Translations under genes and position numbers: made by a program
Assembly: GCA_025935615.1 (NCBI GenBank)
Contig: JAICUY010000003.1
Span: 1-53,664 of the forward strand
Direction: 5' to 3'
Source of the DNA: Steroidobacteraceae bacterium
GTDB lineage: Bacteria > Chloroflexota > Limnocylindria > QHBO01
Length of the DNA: 53,664 nucleotides
In this document: one piece after another, positions 27,806 to 37,897 of the stretch
How positions within the stretch are numbered: position 1 is the stretch's first letter
Layout of the letters: every line of letters starts with the position of its first letter
Notes under the pieces: model-generated
What the model was told of the DNA's origin: nothing
Database searches by the model: none
Seen by the model: the letters and a program-made list of their open reading frames with translations, nothing else

Positions 27806-30800
27806 TCATTCGGCCGAGCTGATCGGAATCTCCGCCTCGATCCGCGTCCCCTTGCCGAGCTGGGAGCTCACCTTCAGGCTGCCACCGGCTGCCTCGGCTC
27901 GCTGCCGCATGCCGTGGAGCCCCAGATGGCCGCGCGGGATGCGGTCGGGGTCGAAGCCGGTGCCGTCGTCCTCCACGGTGAGCCGCATCCGGTCGCCGTC
28001 GCGGCCGGCCGTGATCTGCGCCGAGCGTGCGTTGGCGTGCTTGACGACGTTGTGCAGCGCTTCCTGGGCGATGCGATACAAGGCCTCCTCGACGTCGAGC
28101 GGCGGCCGCTCGAAGGTGTCGTCGGTGCAGGTCACGTCGACCGCCAGGCCGGTGCGTCCCTGGACCGCCGCGGCATGGGTCCGGATCGCCTGCAGCAGGC
28201 CGTCCTGCTCGAGGCTCGCCGGGCGAAGCTCGAAGATCAGCGTCCGCATCTCGGCCAGCGCGTCGCGCTGCAGGTCGCGCAGGTCCGCCAGCTTCTGCTT
28301 GGCGGCCTCCGGATCGGTGCCGAGCAGCATCTCGAGCGAGCGGGTGGTGAGGCCCATGCTGAACAGCGCCTGCGTCACCGAGTCGTGCAGCTCGCGCGCC
28401 AGGTTGGCCCGCTCGCCGCTGGCTGCCAGCTCGGCTGCCTGGCGGCGCAGGTCGCGCTCCAGCCGCTCCCGCTCCCCGATATTGCGCAGCGCGCCATGCG
28501 CCCCGGCGAACCTGCCGTCGGCCACGCTGGCCATCATGTTGACCTCGACCGGCACACGGCCGCCGTCCGGACGCACCAGCTCGACGCGCATCTGCTGCTC
28601 GATGGTGGGCTCGGCCTTCATGCGGTTCCAGCTGGCAAGCGCGATCGGCATCGACTCGGGTGCGGTCAGCCGCTCCCAGTGGCCGCCCATCAGGTCGGCC
28701 GGCCGGTAGCCGGCGATGGTCTGCACCGACTCGCTGACGAAGGTGAAGCGGCCCTCCTCGTCGACCGCCCAGATCATGTCCGGCGAGTTGTCGACGAGGT
28801 ACCGATACCGTCGCTCTGACTCGTGCAGCTCCTCGTACAGCCGCGCGTTGGTGACCGCCATGGCCGCCTGCGAGGCGAACAGCTGCACCAGCTCGAAGTC
28901 CTGGTCGGTGAAGTGCACCTCCGGGCCACCGATGCGGCTGATGTTCAGCGCGCCGATCACCTCGTTCTCCGAGCGCAGCGGCACGATGGCGACGGCCTCC
29001 GGCTCGTTCTCGGTACCCGGGATCTGGATGGCGCGCGGGTCGTTGAGCGCGTCGTTGGCCAGCAGCGGCTGGCAGTGCTCGACGACCCAGTTGATCATCC
29101 CGGCACCGAACGGGATGTCGTAGCCCATCACCTCGTCGGCGTGGCGATCCCACGACAGCACCGGGCGCAGCAGCCGCGCCTCGCGATCGACCCGGTAGAT
29201 CGACAGGTTGTCGTAGGCGACGACCTTCTTGAGGCCCGATGCGATCGCCTCGAACACCTCGTTGGGATCGAGCGTCGACAGGAGCCGCTGGTTGATCTCC
29301 AGCAGCCGCTGCTGCGCCTCGACCTGTCGTGCCAGCTGCTCCGACTGATCGCGCAGGCTCGTCTCGAGATGCTCCTGCTCGGTGATGTCGCGGACCGATC
29401 CATGCGCGCCGCTGAAGCGCCCGTTGGAGCGGCTGCCCATCATCGTGATCTCGACCGGCGCCTGGCGGCCGTCGGGCAGCGGCAGCCGGATGCGAAGGCG
29501 CTGCTCCTCGTCCGGCCGCTCGCGCAACGCGGCGAACGCCGCTTCGGCGGCGGGCCCGGCTCTGTCGTCGGTCAGCATCTGGAACGGCTGGCCGAGCAGC
29601 TGCTCCGCCTTCCAGCCGGTACGGCGCTCGAGCGAGTCGGACAGGAAGGTCAGGCGCCCGTCGACGTCGACCGACCACACGATGTCGGGCGAGTTGTCGA
29701 CCAGGTGCCGATAGCGTCGCTCCGAGGTTCGCAGATCCTCGTACAGCCGCGCGTTGCTGACCGCGATTGCCGCCTGGTTGGCCAGCAGGCCGAGCAGGTT
29801 CTCGTCGGCCCCGCTGAAGGCATCGGGACGCAGGGCGCTGACGGTCAGCGTGCCGAGCGTGTCGCCGTCCCCGAAGAGCGGGGCGGCCATCACCGAGCGG
29901 ATGCCGTAGCGGGCCACGTACGCGTCGGCCGACGAGCCATGCTCGAACGACGCGTCGGCCAGGTAGTCACCGCTGCGAACGACGCGCGCCTCCTTCACGG
30001 CGCGGCCCGAAACGCCCTCGTTGACGCTGACGATGTCATCGCCCTCGTCCTGCGGAAAGCGCTCGCGCGAGCTCTCGTTCAGGAAGCGCCAGTGCAGCTC
30101 GGTGCTGCCGCGCTCGGCAAGGTCGATACGGGCCGCATCGGCCTCGAGCAGTCGCGCGGCTTCGTCAACCGTGCGCTGCAGGATGGCGTCCGCGCCGCGC
30201 ATGGTGGTGAGCTGCGCCGCGATCTCCGCCAGCGAGCGCTGCGCTTCGACCTGGTGGGCCAGCTCCTCTGTCTGGCGGCGCAGGTCGCGCTCCAGGCGGT
30301 CGACCTCGGTGATGTCGCGGATGGAGCCGTGCGCGCCGATGCTGCGCCCGCCGATCACCGCCTCGCGCCCGCGCAGCTCGACCGGAATCAGCCGCCCATC
30401 GCGATGGAGCAGGCGATATCGGTGCCGCTGCTCACTCTCGTCGCCCTGCGACGCACGCCAGTGTGCCTGGAACGACTCGCGGTCATCCGGGGCCACGATG
30501 ACCGACCAATGCGCCCCGATCAGCTCCTCGGCGCGGTGCCCGCTCAGCTGCAGCACCGTCTCCGATACGTAGGTGAACCTGCCCGCGCGATCGGTGGCCC
30601 AGATGACGTCCGGCGAGTGCTCGACCAGGTACCGATAGCGCTCCTCGGACTGCGCCAGCTCCTGCATCAGCCGCTGGTTGGCCAGCGTCACCGCGGCGTG
30701 CTCGGCGAGCGCCTTGAGCAGGCCTATCTGCGCCTCGTCGAACGGCTTGGGGTGCCGGACGTAGGCGCCCAGGGCGCCGAGCACCGCCCCGTCGGCCACG

Positions 30801-31162
30801 AGTGGCGCCACCGCCATGGCGCGCATGTGCGCCCGCTTCGCAATCGCATCGGCCGCCTCGGCATGGCTGAAGCTGCGGTCGTGCAGGTAGTCGCCGGTCG
30901 AGATGACGCGGCAGCGGTCGACGGCCGTGCCGAACATGCCCTGCCCCAGCGGCAGCACGAGCTCGCGAATGAGGCGCGCGGCTTCGCGGTCGGTGATGCC
31001 AGCGTCGGTCGCACAGCGCAACACGCCACCTGACGCGTCGACCAGGTAGATCATCGCGCCGTCGGCGCGCAGCAGCCGGGTCGCCTCCTCCACGGCGTGC
31101 TGGAGCGGACCGACGATCGGCGCGGCTAGCGTCGCATCGACGTCGCGGGGCTGGGTGATCAC
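27806..31162 (-). CDS. Cytoplasmic sensor histidine kinase, (GAF-PAS)x3 + HisKA_3 + HATPase_c
   Basis: 1118-aa ORF with GTG start. Three modules each end in ..N(Q/A)RL(M/Y)(Q/E)(E/D)L..SE(E/R)RYR(Y/H)LV(E/D)(H/N)SPD(V/I/M)(I/V)W. The module-boundary block ctcgtacagccgcgcgttg recurs at 28832 and 29738 (906-nt spacing, one GAF-PAS module). H-box LARELHDSVTQALF (NarL-partner type). C-terminal segment HNVVKHANA ... DDGTGF ... GLHGMRQR. Confidence 0.85.
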   Translation of the reverse strand: MITQPRDVDATLAAPIVGPLQHAVEEATRLLRADGAMIYLVDASGGVLRCATDAGITDREAARLIRELVLPLGQGMFGTAVDRCRVISTGDYLHDRSFSHAEAADAIAKRAHMRAMAVAPLVADGAVLGALGAYVRHPKPFDEAQIGLLKALAEHAAVTLANQRLMQELAQSEERYRYLVEHSPDVIWATDRAGRFTYVSETVLQLSGHRAEELIGAHWSVIVAPDDRESFQAHWRASQGDESEQRHRYRLLHRDGRLIPVELRGREAVIGGRSIGAHGSIRDITEVDRLERDLRRQTEELAHQVEAQRSLAEIAAQLTTMRGADAILQRTVDEAARLLEADAARIDLAERGSTELHWRFLNESSRERFPQDEGDDIVSVNEGVSGRAVKEARVVRSGDYLADASFEHGSSADAYVARYGIRSVMAAPLFGDGDTLGTLTVSALRPDAFSGADENLLGLLANQAAIAVSNARLYEDLRTSERRYRHLVDNSPDIVWSVDVDGRLTFLSDSLERRTGWKAEQLLGQPFQMLTDDRAGPAAEAAFAALRERPDEEQRLRIRLPLPDGRQAPVEITMMGSRSNGRFSGAHGSVRDITEQEHLETSLRDQSEQLARQVEAQQRLLEINQRLLSTLDPNEVFEAIASGLKKVVAYDNLSIYRVDREARLLRPVLSWDRHADEVMGYDIPFGAGMINWVVEHCQPLLANDALNDPRAIQIPGTENEPEAVAIVPLRSENEVIGALNISRIGGPEVHFTDQDFELVQLFASQAAMAVTNARLYEELHESERRYRYLVDNSPDMIWAVDEEGRFTFVSESVQTIAGYRPADLMGGHWERLTAPESMPIALASWNRMKAEPTIEQQMRVELVRPDGGRVPVEVNMMASVADGRFAGAHGALRNIGERERLERDLRRQAAELAASGERANLARELHDSVTQALFSMGLTTRSLEMLLGTDPEAAKQKLADLRDLQRDALAEMRTLIFELRPASLEQDGLLQAIRTHAAAVQGRTGLAVDVTCTDDTFERPPLDVEEALYRIAQEALHNVVKHANARSAQITAGRDGDRMRLTVEDDGTGFDPDRIPRGHLGLHGMRQRAEAAGGSLKVSSQLGKGTRIEAEIPISSAE

Positions 31163-31374
31163 GCGCGCGAGGATACCGCGATCCCGATGCGAGCCGGAAT
31201 CGGCCGGCCAGCCGCGGCGTCTACGTCATCTGCCGCACCTTCCGCCTGCGTCGCTTGCCGCGGTCAGCGTCCTCCGCTTGCCAGATTCGACGAAGGCAGT
31301 CGCTCCCGAGACTGTGACCCAACGACGACGCCGAGGGACGGCGCCGACAGGGAATCATCCAGGAGGTCCGGGAC

Positions 31375-31803
31375 ATGAACGCAGCAGTCACCAGGAGCCG
31401 CGCCACCGGCGCTCTTCTCACCGTCGCCATCGTCGGACTGACCCTCTCGACGGCGTACATCCACTCGACGTTGGGCGGCCTGCTCTTCACGCTCAACGCG
31501 ATCGGCTACGTCGCCGCCGCAGTGGCAATCGTCGTCGGAGCCGCCGCCCCGCATCCGCTGATCGACCGATTCAGCTGGCTGCCCCGCATGGGCCTGATGG
31601 GCTATGCCGCAGTCACCATCGTCGGCTGGGCGATCCAGGGCCCGTACTACTCGACGGCCTACATCGCCAAGGCGATCGAGGTCGGCCTGATCACCCTGCT
31701 GGTGGTCGACAGCTTCCGGGTCTACGGCAGCCCGATGGCCATGGTGCGAGCCGCCTTCGCCTCGGTCTTCGGCAGCCGCGAGGCAGCCGGCGCGGCCGCC
31801 TGA
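31375..31803 (+). CDS. Integral membrane protein (about 4 TM), unknown function
   Basis: 142-aa ORF with AGGAGG 8 nt upstream. Hydrophobic segments ALLTVAIVGLTL, LLFTLNAIGYVAAAVAIVVGAA, GLMGYAAVTIVGWAI and IEVGLITLLVV. Confidence 0.6.
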   Translation: MNAAVTRSRATGALLTVAIVGLTLSTAYIHSTLGGLLFTLNAIGYVAAAVAIVVGAAAPHPLIDRFSWLPRMGLMGYAAVTIVGWAIQGPYYSTAYIAKAIEVGLITLLVVDSFRVYGSPMAMVRAAFASVFGSREAAGAAA

Positions 31804-31824
31804 GGCAGCTCCTCCCCTCGGCAC

Positions 31825-31856
31825 GGCGGGTCCTCTTCGGAGGACCCGCCTCTTTC
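31825..31856 (+). terminator. Intrinsic terminator
   Basis: GGCGGGTCCTC ttcg GAGGACCCGCC followed by TCTTTC, 22 nt after the stop of the membrane-protein gene. Confidence 0.7.
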
Positions 31857-32076
31857 ATATACGCCCGCGTATGCGCCGGGCTCAAACCGTTTCACCGCAC
31901 GCGTTTCGCCCCGTGGAACAGATGACGGCGCACTGGCCGCGCGGGGTGGCCATTTCCCATGATGTGCGGGCGCTTGTCTCACTGAGCGGGATGTCCGGCC
32001 GAATTTCGCAGCCAACAGGGCCAGCGCTGACCGGTCGTTTGTCAAACGTTCCACACCGCGGAAACGATCCGACGTC

Positions 32077-33396
32077 TCAGACGAGCTTGTGCTCCACGGC
32101 GTAGAGCGCGGCCTGGGTGCGTGAAGCGAGCCCCAGCTTGCCGAGGATGTTGCTCACGTGGGTGCGGGCCGTGCGCTCGGTGATCGACAGCTCGTAGGCG
32201 ATCTCCTTGTTCGACGCACCCTTGGCCAGCTGGGCCAGCACCTCCTTCTCGCGCTGGGTCAGCGGCTCGACCGGCTCCTCGACCTTGCGGTTGCGCATCC
32301 GCTGCGCCAGCAGCCGGGCCACCGCCGGATCGAGCGACACCTCGCCGGCATGCGCGGCGCGAACCGCGTTGGCAACCTCCTCCGCATCGGCATCCTTGAG
32401 CAGGTAGCCCGATGCGCCGGCCTCCAGGGCCGCCGTCACCTTCTCCTCCTCGATGAAGCTGGTCACGGCCACGATCTCGATCTCCGGATGCGACTGCTTG
32501 ATGGTGGCGATGGCGGTCAGCCCGTCCATCTTCGGCATCAGCAGGTCCATCAGGACGACGTCCGGCAGCAGCCGGTCGGCGAGGGCCACGCCCTGCTCGC
32601 CGTCCTCGGCCTCGCCGACCACCTCGATGTCGCTGAGCAGCTCCAGGAAGCCACGCAGGCCGCGGCGGACGACCTGATGATCGTCGACCAGCAGCACGCG
32701 GATCCGCTCGTTGTCGTCAGCCACTGCCTCTGCCTCCGTCATGGTTGCCGTCGCGGTCGCCGCCACGGCCGAGCCGTCGCGGGCAGTGTGCACCAGCCCG
32801 TAGACATGAACCGATTCCGCCAGGCCCTTCAGCCGTTGCTCCCCGAGGTCGCGGAAGCGCATCTCGTCCGGCATGACGAGGCCGGGGTCGTCGACGATCG
32901 CGGCGGTCGCCAGGATCTCGCCTCCGTGGGCCATGTCCTGCAGGCGGGCGCAGCGGAACAGCGGCGTGCCGAAGTAGCGCTCGCCGCGACGCTCGACCTC
33001 GCCGCGGTCCATCGAGACGCGGACCTGGAGATGGCCGACCTCGCCCCAGTCGTGCGCGGAGATCCGCTGCTGGACGACGTCGGCGGCGGCGATCGCCCGC
33101 GTGGCGTCGTCGAAGGCGGCGTAGGCGGCGTCACCGATGCGCTCGAAGACCTCTCCCCCGTGCTCACGCACCGTATCGACGATCAGCGCGTGCTGCGTGT
33201 CGAGGGTCTCGCCGGCGAGCGCCGGAAAGCGCTGCGCGATCTGGGTACTGGCCACCACATCGGTGAACAGGAAGGTCACGACGGAGCGCGTCGGCGAGGT
33301 GGGCGCGGTCGCGCCGGCGGCATCGGGGTGCACGTGGCGAGGATAGCGGCAACCGTACCGGCCGGCACTGGCAGTGCTTGGCGGCACGCCGGGCAA
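32077..33396 (-). CDS. Three-domain regulator: class III cyclase-homology domain + REC + LuxR/NarL HTH
   Basis: 439-aa ORF. CHD: VVTFLFTDVVAST, ERIGDAAYAAF, YFGTPLFRCARL, RDLGEQRLKGL. REC: VLLVDDHQVVRRGL..VVLMDLLMPKMDG..GYLLKD. HTH: LTQREKEVLAQLAKGASNKEIAYELSITERTARTHVSNILGKLG. The start is uncertain; GTG 33333 is also possible. Confidence 0.8.
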   Translation of the reverse strand: MPGVPPSTASAGRYGCRYPRHVHPDAAGATAPTSPTRSVVTFLFTDVVASTQIAQRFPALAGETLDTQHALIVDTVREHGGEVFERIGDAAYAAFDDATRAIAAADVVQQRISAHDWGEVGHLQVRVSMDRGEVERRGERYFGTPLFRCARLQDMAHGGEILATAAIVDDPGLVMPDEMRFRDLGEQRLKGLAESVHVYGLVHTARDGSAVAATATATMTEAEAVADDNERIRVLLVDDHQVVRRGLRGFLELLSDIEVVGEAEDGEQGVALADRLLPDVVLMDLLMPKMDGLTAIATIKQSHPEIEIVAVTSFIEEEKVTAALEAGASGYLLKDADAEEVANAVRAAHAGEVSLDPAVARLLAQRMRNRKVEEPVEPLTQREKEVLAQLAKGASNKEIAYELSITERTARTHVSNILGKLGLASRTQAALYAVEHKLV

Positions 33397-33431
33397 CCGC
33401 CCGGCATCGCGCTTGCTGAACGCATCGGCTC

Positions 33432-34283
33432 ATGACCATCAAACGAGGAGCCAGGCTCGACCCCGGGCAGGTCCAGGACCGGCGAGGCGGGGTGGGCCGA
33501 GGCGGAGGCATCGCCATCGGTGGCGGGCTCGGGACGATCGTGCTCGTCGCTGCCTACCTGCTGCTCGGCGGCAACCTCGGCGATCTCGGCAACGTGGTTG
33601 CCCCGCAGAACCAGGGGGCGAACCCCAGCAGCGATATCACCGAGCGCTGCACAACCGGTGAGCAGGCCCGGCAGAACGAGGACTGCCGGATGGTGGCCTA
33701 CATCAACAGCATCCAGAAATACTGGAGTGGCGAGTTCGCCGCGTCGAACCAGAACTATCGCGAGGCGGACACCGTCTTCTACGACGGCGTCACCTCCAGT
33801 GGCTGCGGCACCGCCAGCGCGCAGGTCGGCCCGTTCTACTGCCCCAACGACAAGCTGGTCTACCTCGACCTCGGCTTCTTCAAGCAGCTGCAGACCCAGT
33901 TCGGCGCCAAGGGCGGGCCGCTGGCGCAGGCCTACGTCGTCGCGCACGAGTACGGGCACCACGTGCAGGACCTGCTCGGCCTGCTGCAGAACAGCGGCGG
34001 CCAGGGCGAGAACAGCGGCAGCGTGCGCACCGAGCTGCAGGCCGACTGCTTCGCCGGCGTGTGGGCCGCCAACGCGGTCGACACCGGCTTCCTGGAGCCG
34101 ATCACCGACCAGCAGCTGTCCCAGGCGCTGGATGCCGCGCAGGCGGTCGGCGACGATCGCATCCAGCAGCAGACCCAGGGCTACGTCAATCCGGACTCGT
34201 GGACGCACGGCTCCGCGGCGGAACGCAAGCAGGCATTCACCACCGGCTACAACGCAGGCAAGCCGGGCGCCTGCAATTCGTGA
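33432..34283 (+). CDS. YpfJ-like putative neutral zinc metallopeptidase
   Basis: 283-aa ORF: MTIKRGARLDPGQVQDRRG, one TM, GPFYCPND, HEXXH in VVAHEYGHHVQD, LQADCFAGVWA. Confidence 0.8.
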   Translation: MTIKRGARLDPGQVQDRRGGVGRGGGIAIGGGLGTIVLVAAYLLLGGNLGDLGNVVAPQNQGANPSSDITERCTTGEQARQNEDCRMVAYINSIQKYWSGEFAASNQNYREADTVFYDGVTSSGCGTASAQVGPFYCPNDKLVYLDLGFFKQLQTQFGAKGGPLAQAYVVAHEYGHHVQDLLGLLQNSGGQGENSGSVRTELQADCFAGVWAANAVDTGFLEPITDQQLSQALDAAQAVGDDRIQQQTQGYVNPDSWTHGSAAERKQAFTTGYNAGKPGACNS

Positions 34284-34295
34284 CAGCATGCGGCG

Positions 34296-34886
34296 GTGAC
34301 CGAGCCGCCGGATGACCGACCGCGATGCGGCTGGGCAACCTCGGATCCCGCCTACGTCGCCTACCACGACCGTGAATGGGGCGTGCCGTTGCATGGCGAC
34401 CGCGCCCTGTTCGAGCTCCTCAGCCTGGAAGGCGCCCAGGCCGGCCTGTCGTGGCTGACCATCCTGCGCCGGCGTGACGGCTACCGGCAGGCGTTCGAGG
34501 GCTTCGAACCGTCTCATCTGTCTCGACTGACCGATGCGGACGTGGAGCGGCTCCTGACCGACGCTCGCATCATTCGCAATCGCGCCAAAGTTCGGTCGGT
34601 GCGCTCGAACGCCGCGGGTCTGCTGGCCGTGGCCGAAGCGTTCGGTTCCTTCGACGCCTGGCTCTGGTCGTACGTCGACGGGCGACCCGTCCAGAACGGC
34701 CGGCAATCGCTGGCTGACATTCCTGCAGAGACCGATACATCACGCGCCATCTCCCGGGACCTGCGGCGGCGCGGCTTCAGCTTCGTCGGTCCGACCATCG
34801 TCTATGCCTTCATGCAGTCGGCCGGGCTCGTCAATGACCACCTGGTGAGCTGCTTCCGGCACTCCGAAGTCGCGGCGCTCGCGTAG
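34296..34886 (+). CDS. tag: DNA-3-methyladenine glycosylase I
   Basis: GTG start. Motifs RCGWATSDPAYVAYHDREWGVP, FELLSLEGAQAGLSW and YAFMQSAGLVNDH. Confidence 0.85.
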   Translation: MTEPPDDRPRCGWATSDPAYVAYHDREWGVPLHGDRALFELLSLEGAQAGLSWLTILRRRDGYRQAFEGFEPSHLSRLTDADVERLLTDARIIRNRAKVRSVRSNAAGLLAVAEAFGSFDAWLWSYVDGRPVQNGRQSLADIPAETDTSRAISRDLRRRGFSFVGPTIVYAFMQSAGLVNDHLVSCFRHSEVAALA

Positions 34887-34889
34887 ACT
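34884..34889 (+). promoter_or_regulatory. -10-like TAGACT box, 9 nt upstream of thrB ATG 34899
   Basis: gcgTAGACTcggccggccATG. The TAG is also the tag stop codon. Confidence 0.35.
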
Positions 34890-34898
34890 CGGCCGGCC

Positions 34899-35837
34899 AT
34901 GCCGCGCCCCATCGCATCGGTCGAGGTGCCGTCCAGCAGCGCCAACCTGGGAAGCGGCTTCGACTGCTTCGCCGCAGCGCTGAGCCTCAAGCTGCGCGCC
35001 GAGCTGTACGAGGGGGACGAGCCCGGCATCCTGCTCAACGCCCACGGCGAGGGCGCGCCACGCCCCGGGGAGAGCGGCGGGGAGAACCTGCTGCTGGCCG
35101 CCTTCCGCGACGGGATGCGGCTAGCCGCCGCAACCGGCGGCGGCGCGTGGCGGCTCGAGGTGTCGAGCATGATCCCGGCGGCGCGCGGCCTGGGCAGCAG
35201 CGCCGCGGCGATCGTGGCCGGACTGCTGCTGGGAGCGTCGCTCGGACGCCGCTCCCCGGAAGCCGATGAGCTGCTGGCCGCCGCTGCCCGCCTGGAGGGC
35301 CACGCCGACAACGTCGCGGCGGCGTTCTATGGCGGCATCACACTCGCCGTCTCGACCGAGCAGGGCGTCGTCCTTCGACGGTTCCGGCCGCCGGAGAGCT
35401 GGATTCCGGTGCTGTTCGTGGCCCAGGGCGAGAGTCGCACGCACGAGATGCGCGCCGCCCTGCCGGCGACCGTCTCGCACGTCGACGCGGCGGCGGCCGC
35501 CGGTCGTGCAGCGCTGCTGGCGACGGCCGTGATCAGCGGCGACGCGACACTCCTGCGCGACGCCATGGACGACCGGCTGCACCAGCCGTACCGCCTGCCG
35601 CTGCTGCCGGGGACCGAGGAGCTGATCGCATCGGCCTATGCCCACGGCGCGGCCGGCGCGGCGCTCTCCGGTGCCGGGCCGAGCGTGATCGCGGTCTGCG
35701 ACTCGCCCGCATCGGCTCATGCAGTCGAGAAATCGTTCAATGCCGCCGGCATTCGGGGCATGGCGACGCGCCTGCGCTTCGACATCTTGGGCGCGCGATT
35801 GTCGGCCGACGAGAGGTCGGTCGAGACCGATTCGTAA
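34899..35837 (+). CDS. thrB: Homoserine kinase
   Basis: 312-aa ORF: VPSSSANLGSGFDCF and the GHMP motif IPAARGLGSSAAAIVAG. Confidence 0.85.
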   Translation: MPRPIASVEVPSSSANLGSGFDCFAAALSLKLRAELYEGDEPGILLNAHGEGAPRPGESGGENLLLAAFRDGMRLAAATGGGAWRLEVSSMIPAARGLGSSAAAIVAGLLLGASLGRRSPEADELLAAAARLEGHADNVAAAFYGGITLAVSTEQGVVLRRFRPPESWIPVLFVAQGESRTHEMRAALPATVSHVDAAAAAGRAALLATAVISGDATLLRDAMDDRLHQPYRLPLLPGTEELIASAYAHGAAGAALSGAGPSVIAVCDSPASAHAVEKSFNAAGIRGMATRLRFDILGARLSADERSVETDS

Positions 35838-35854
35838 CAGTTCGCGTTACGAAT
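35830..35854. promoter_or_regulatory. AT-rich 9-bp inverted repeat with 7-nt spacer (ATTCGTAAC-N7-GTTACGAAT), operator-like
   Basis: attcgtaac agttcgc gttacgaat. It overlaps the thrB stop and lies 46 nt upstream of the ABC-F ATG. A second copy of the same architecture is at 45537-45561. Confidence 0.4.
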
Positions 35855-35884
35855 AGGAGCTGGGGGTGCTGAGGCGCCCTCGGG

Positions 35885-35890
35885 TACCAT
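35885..35890 (+). promoter_or_regulatory. -10-like TACCAT box, 9 nt upstream of ATG 35900
   Basis: gggTACCATcggtcggtcATG. Confidence 0.3.
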
Positions 35891-35899
35891 CGGTCGGTC

Positions 35900-37893
<1,994 letters not shown>

Positions 37894-37897
<4 letters not shown>

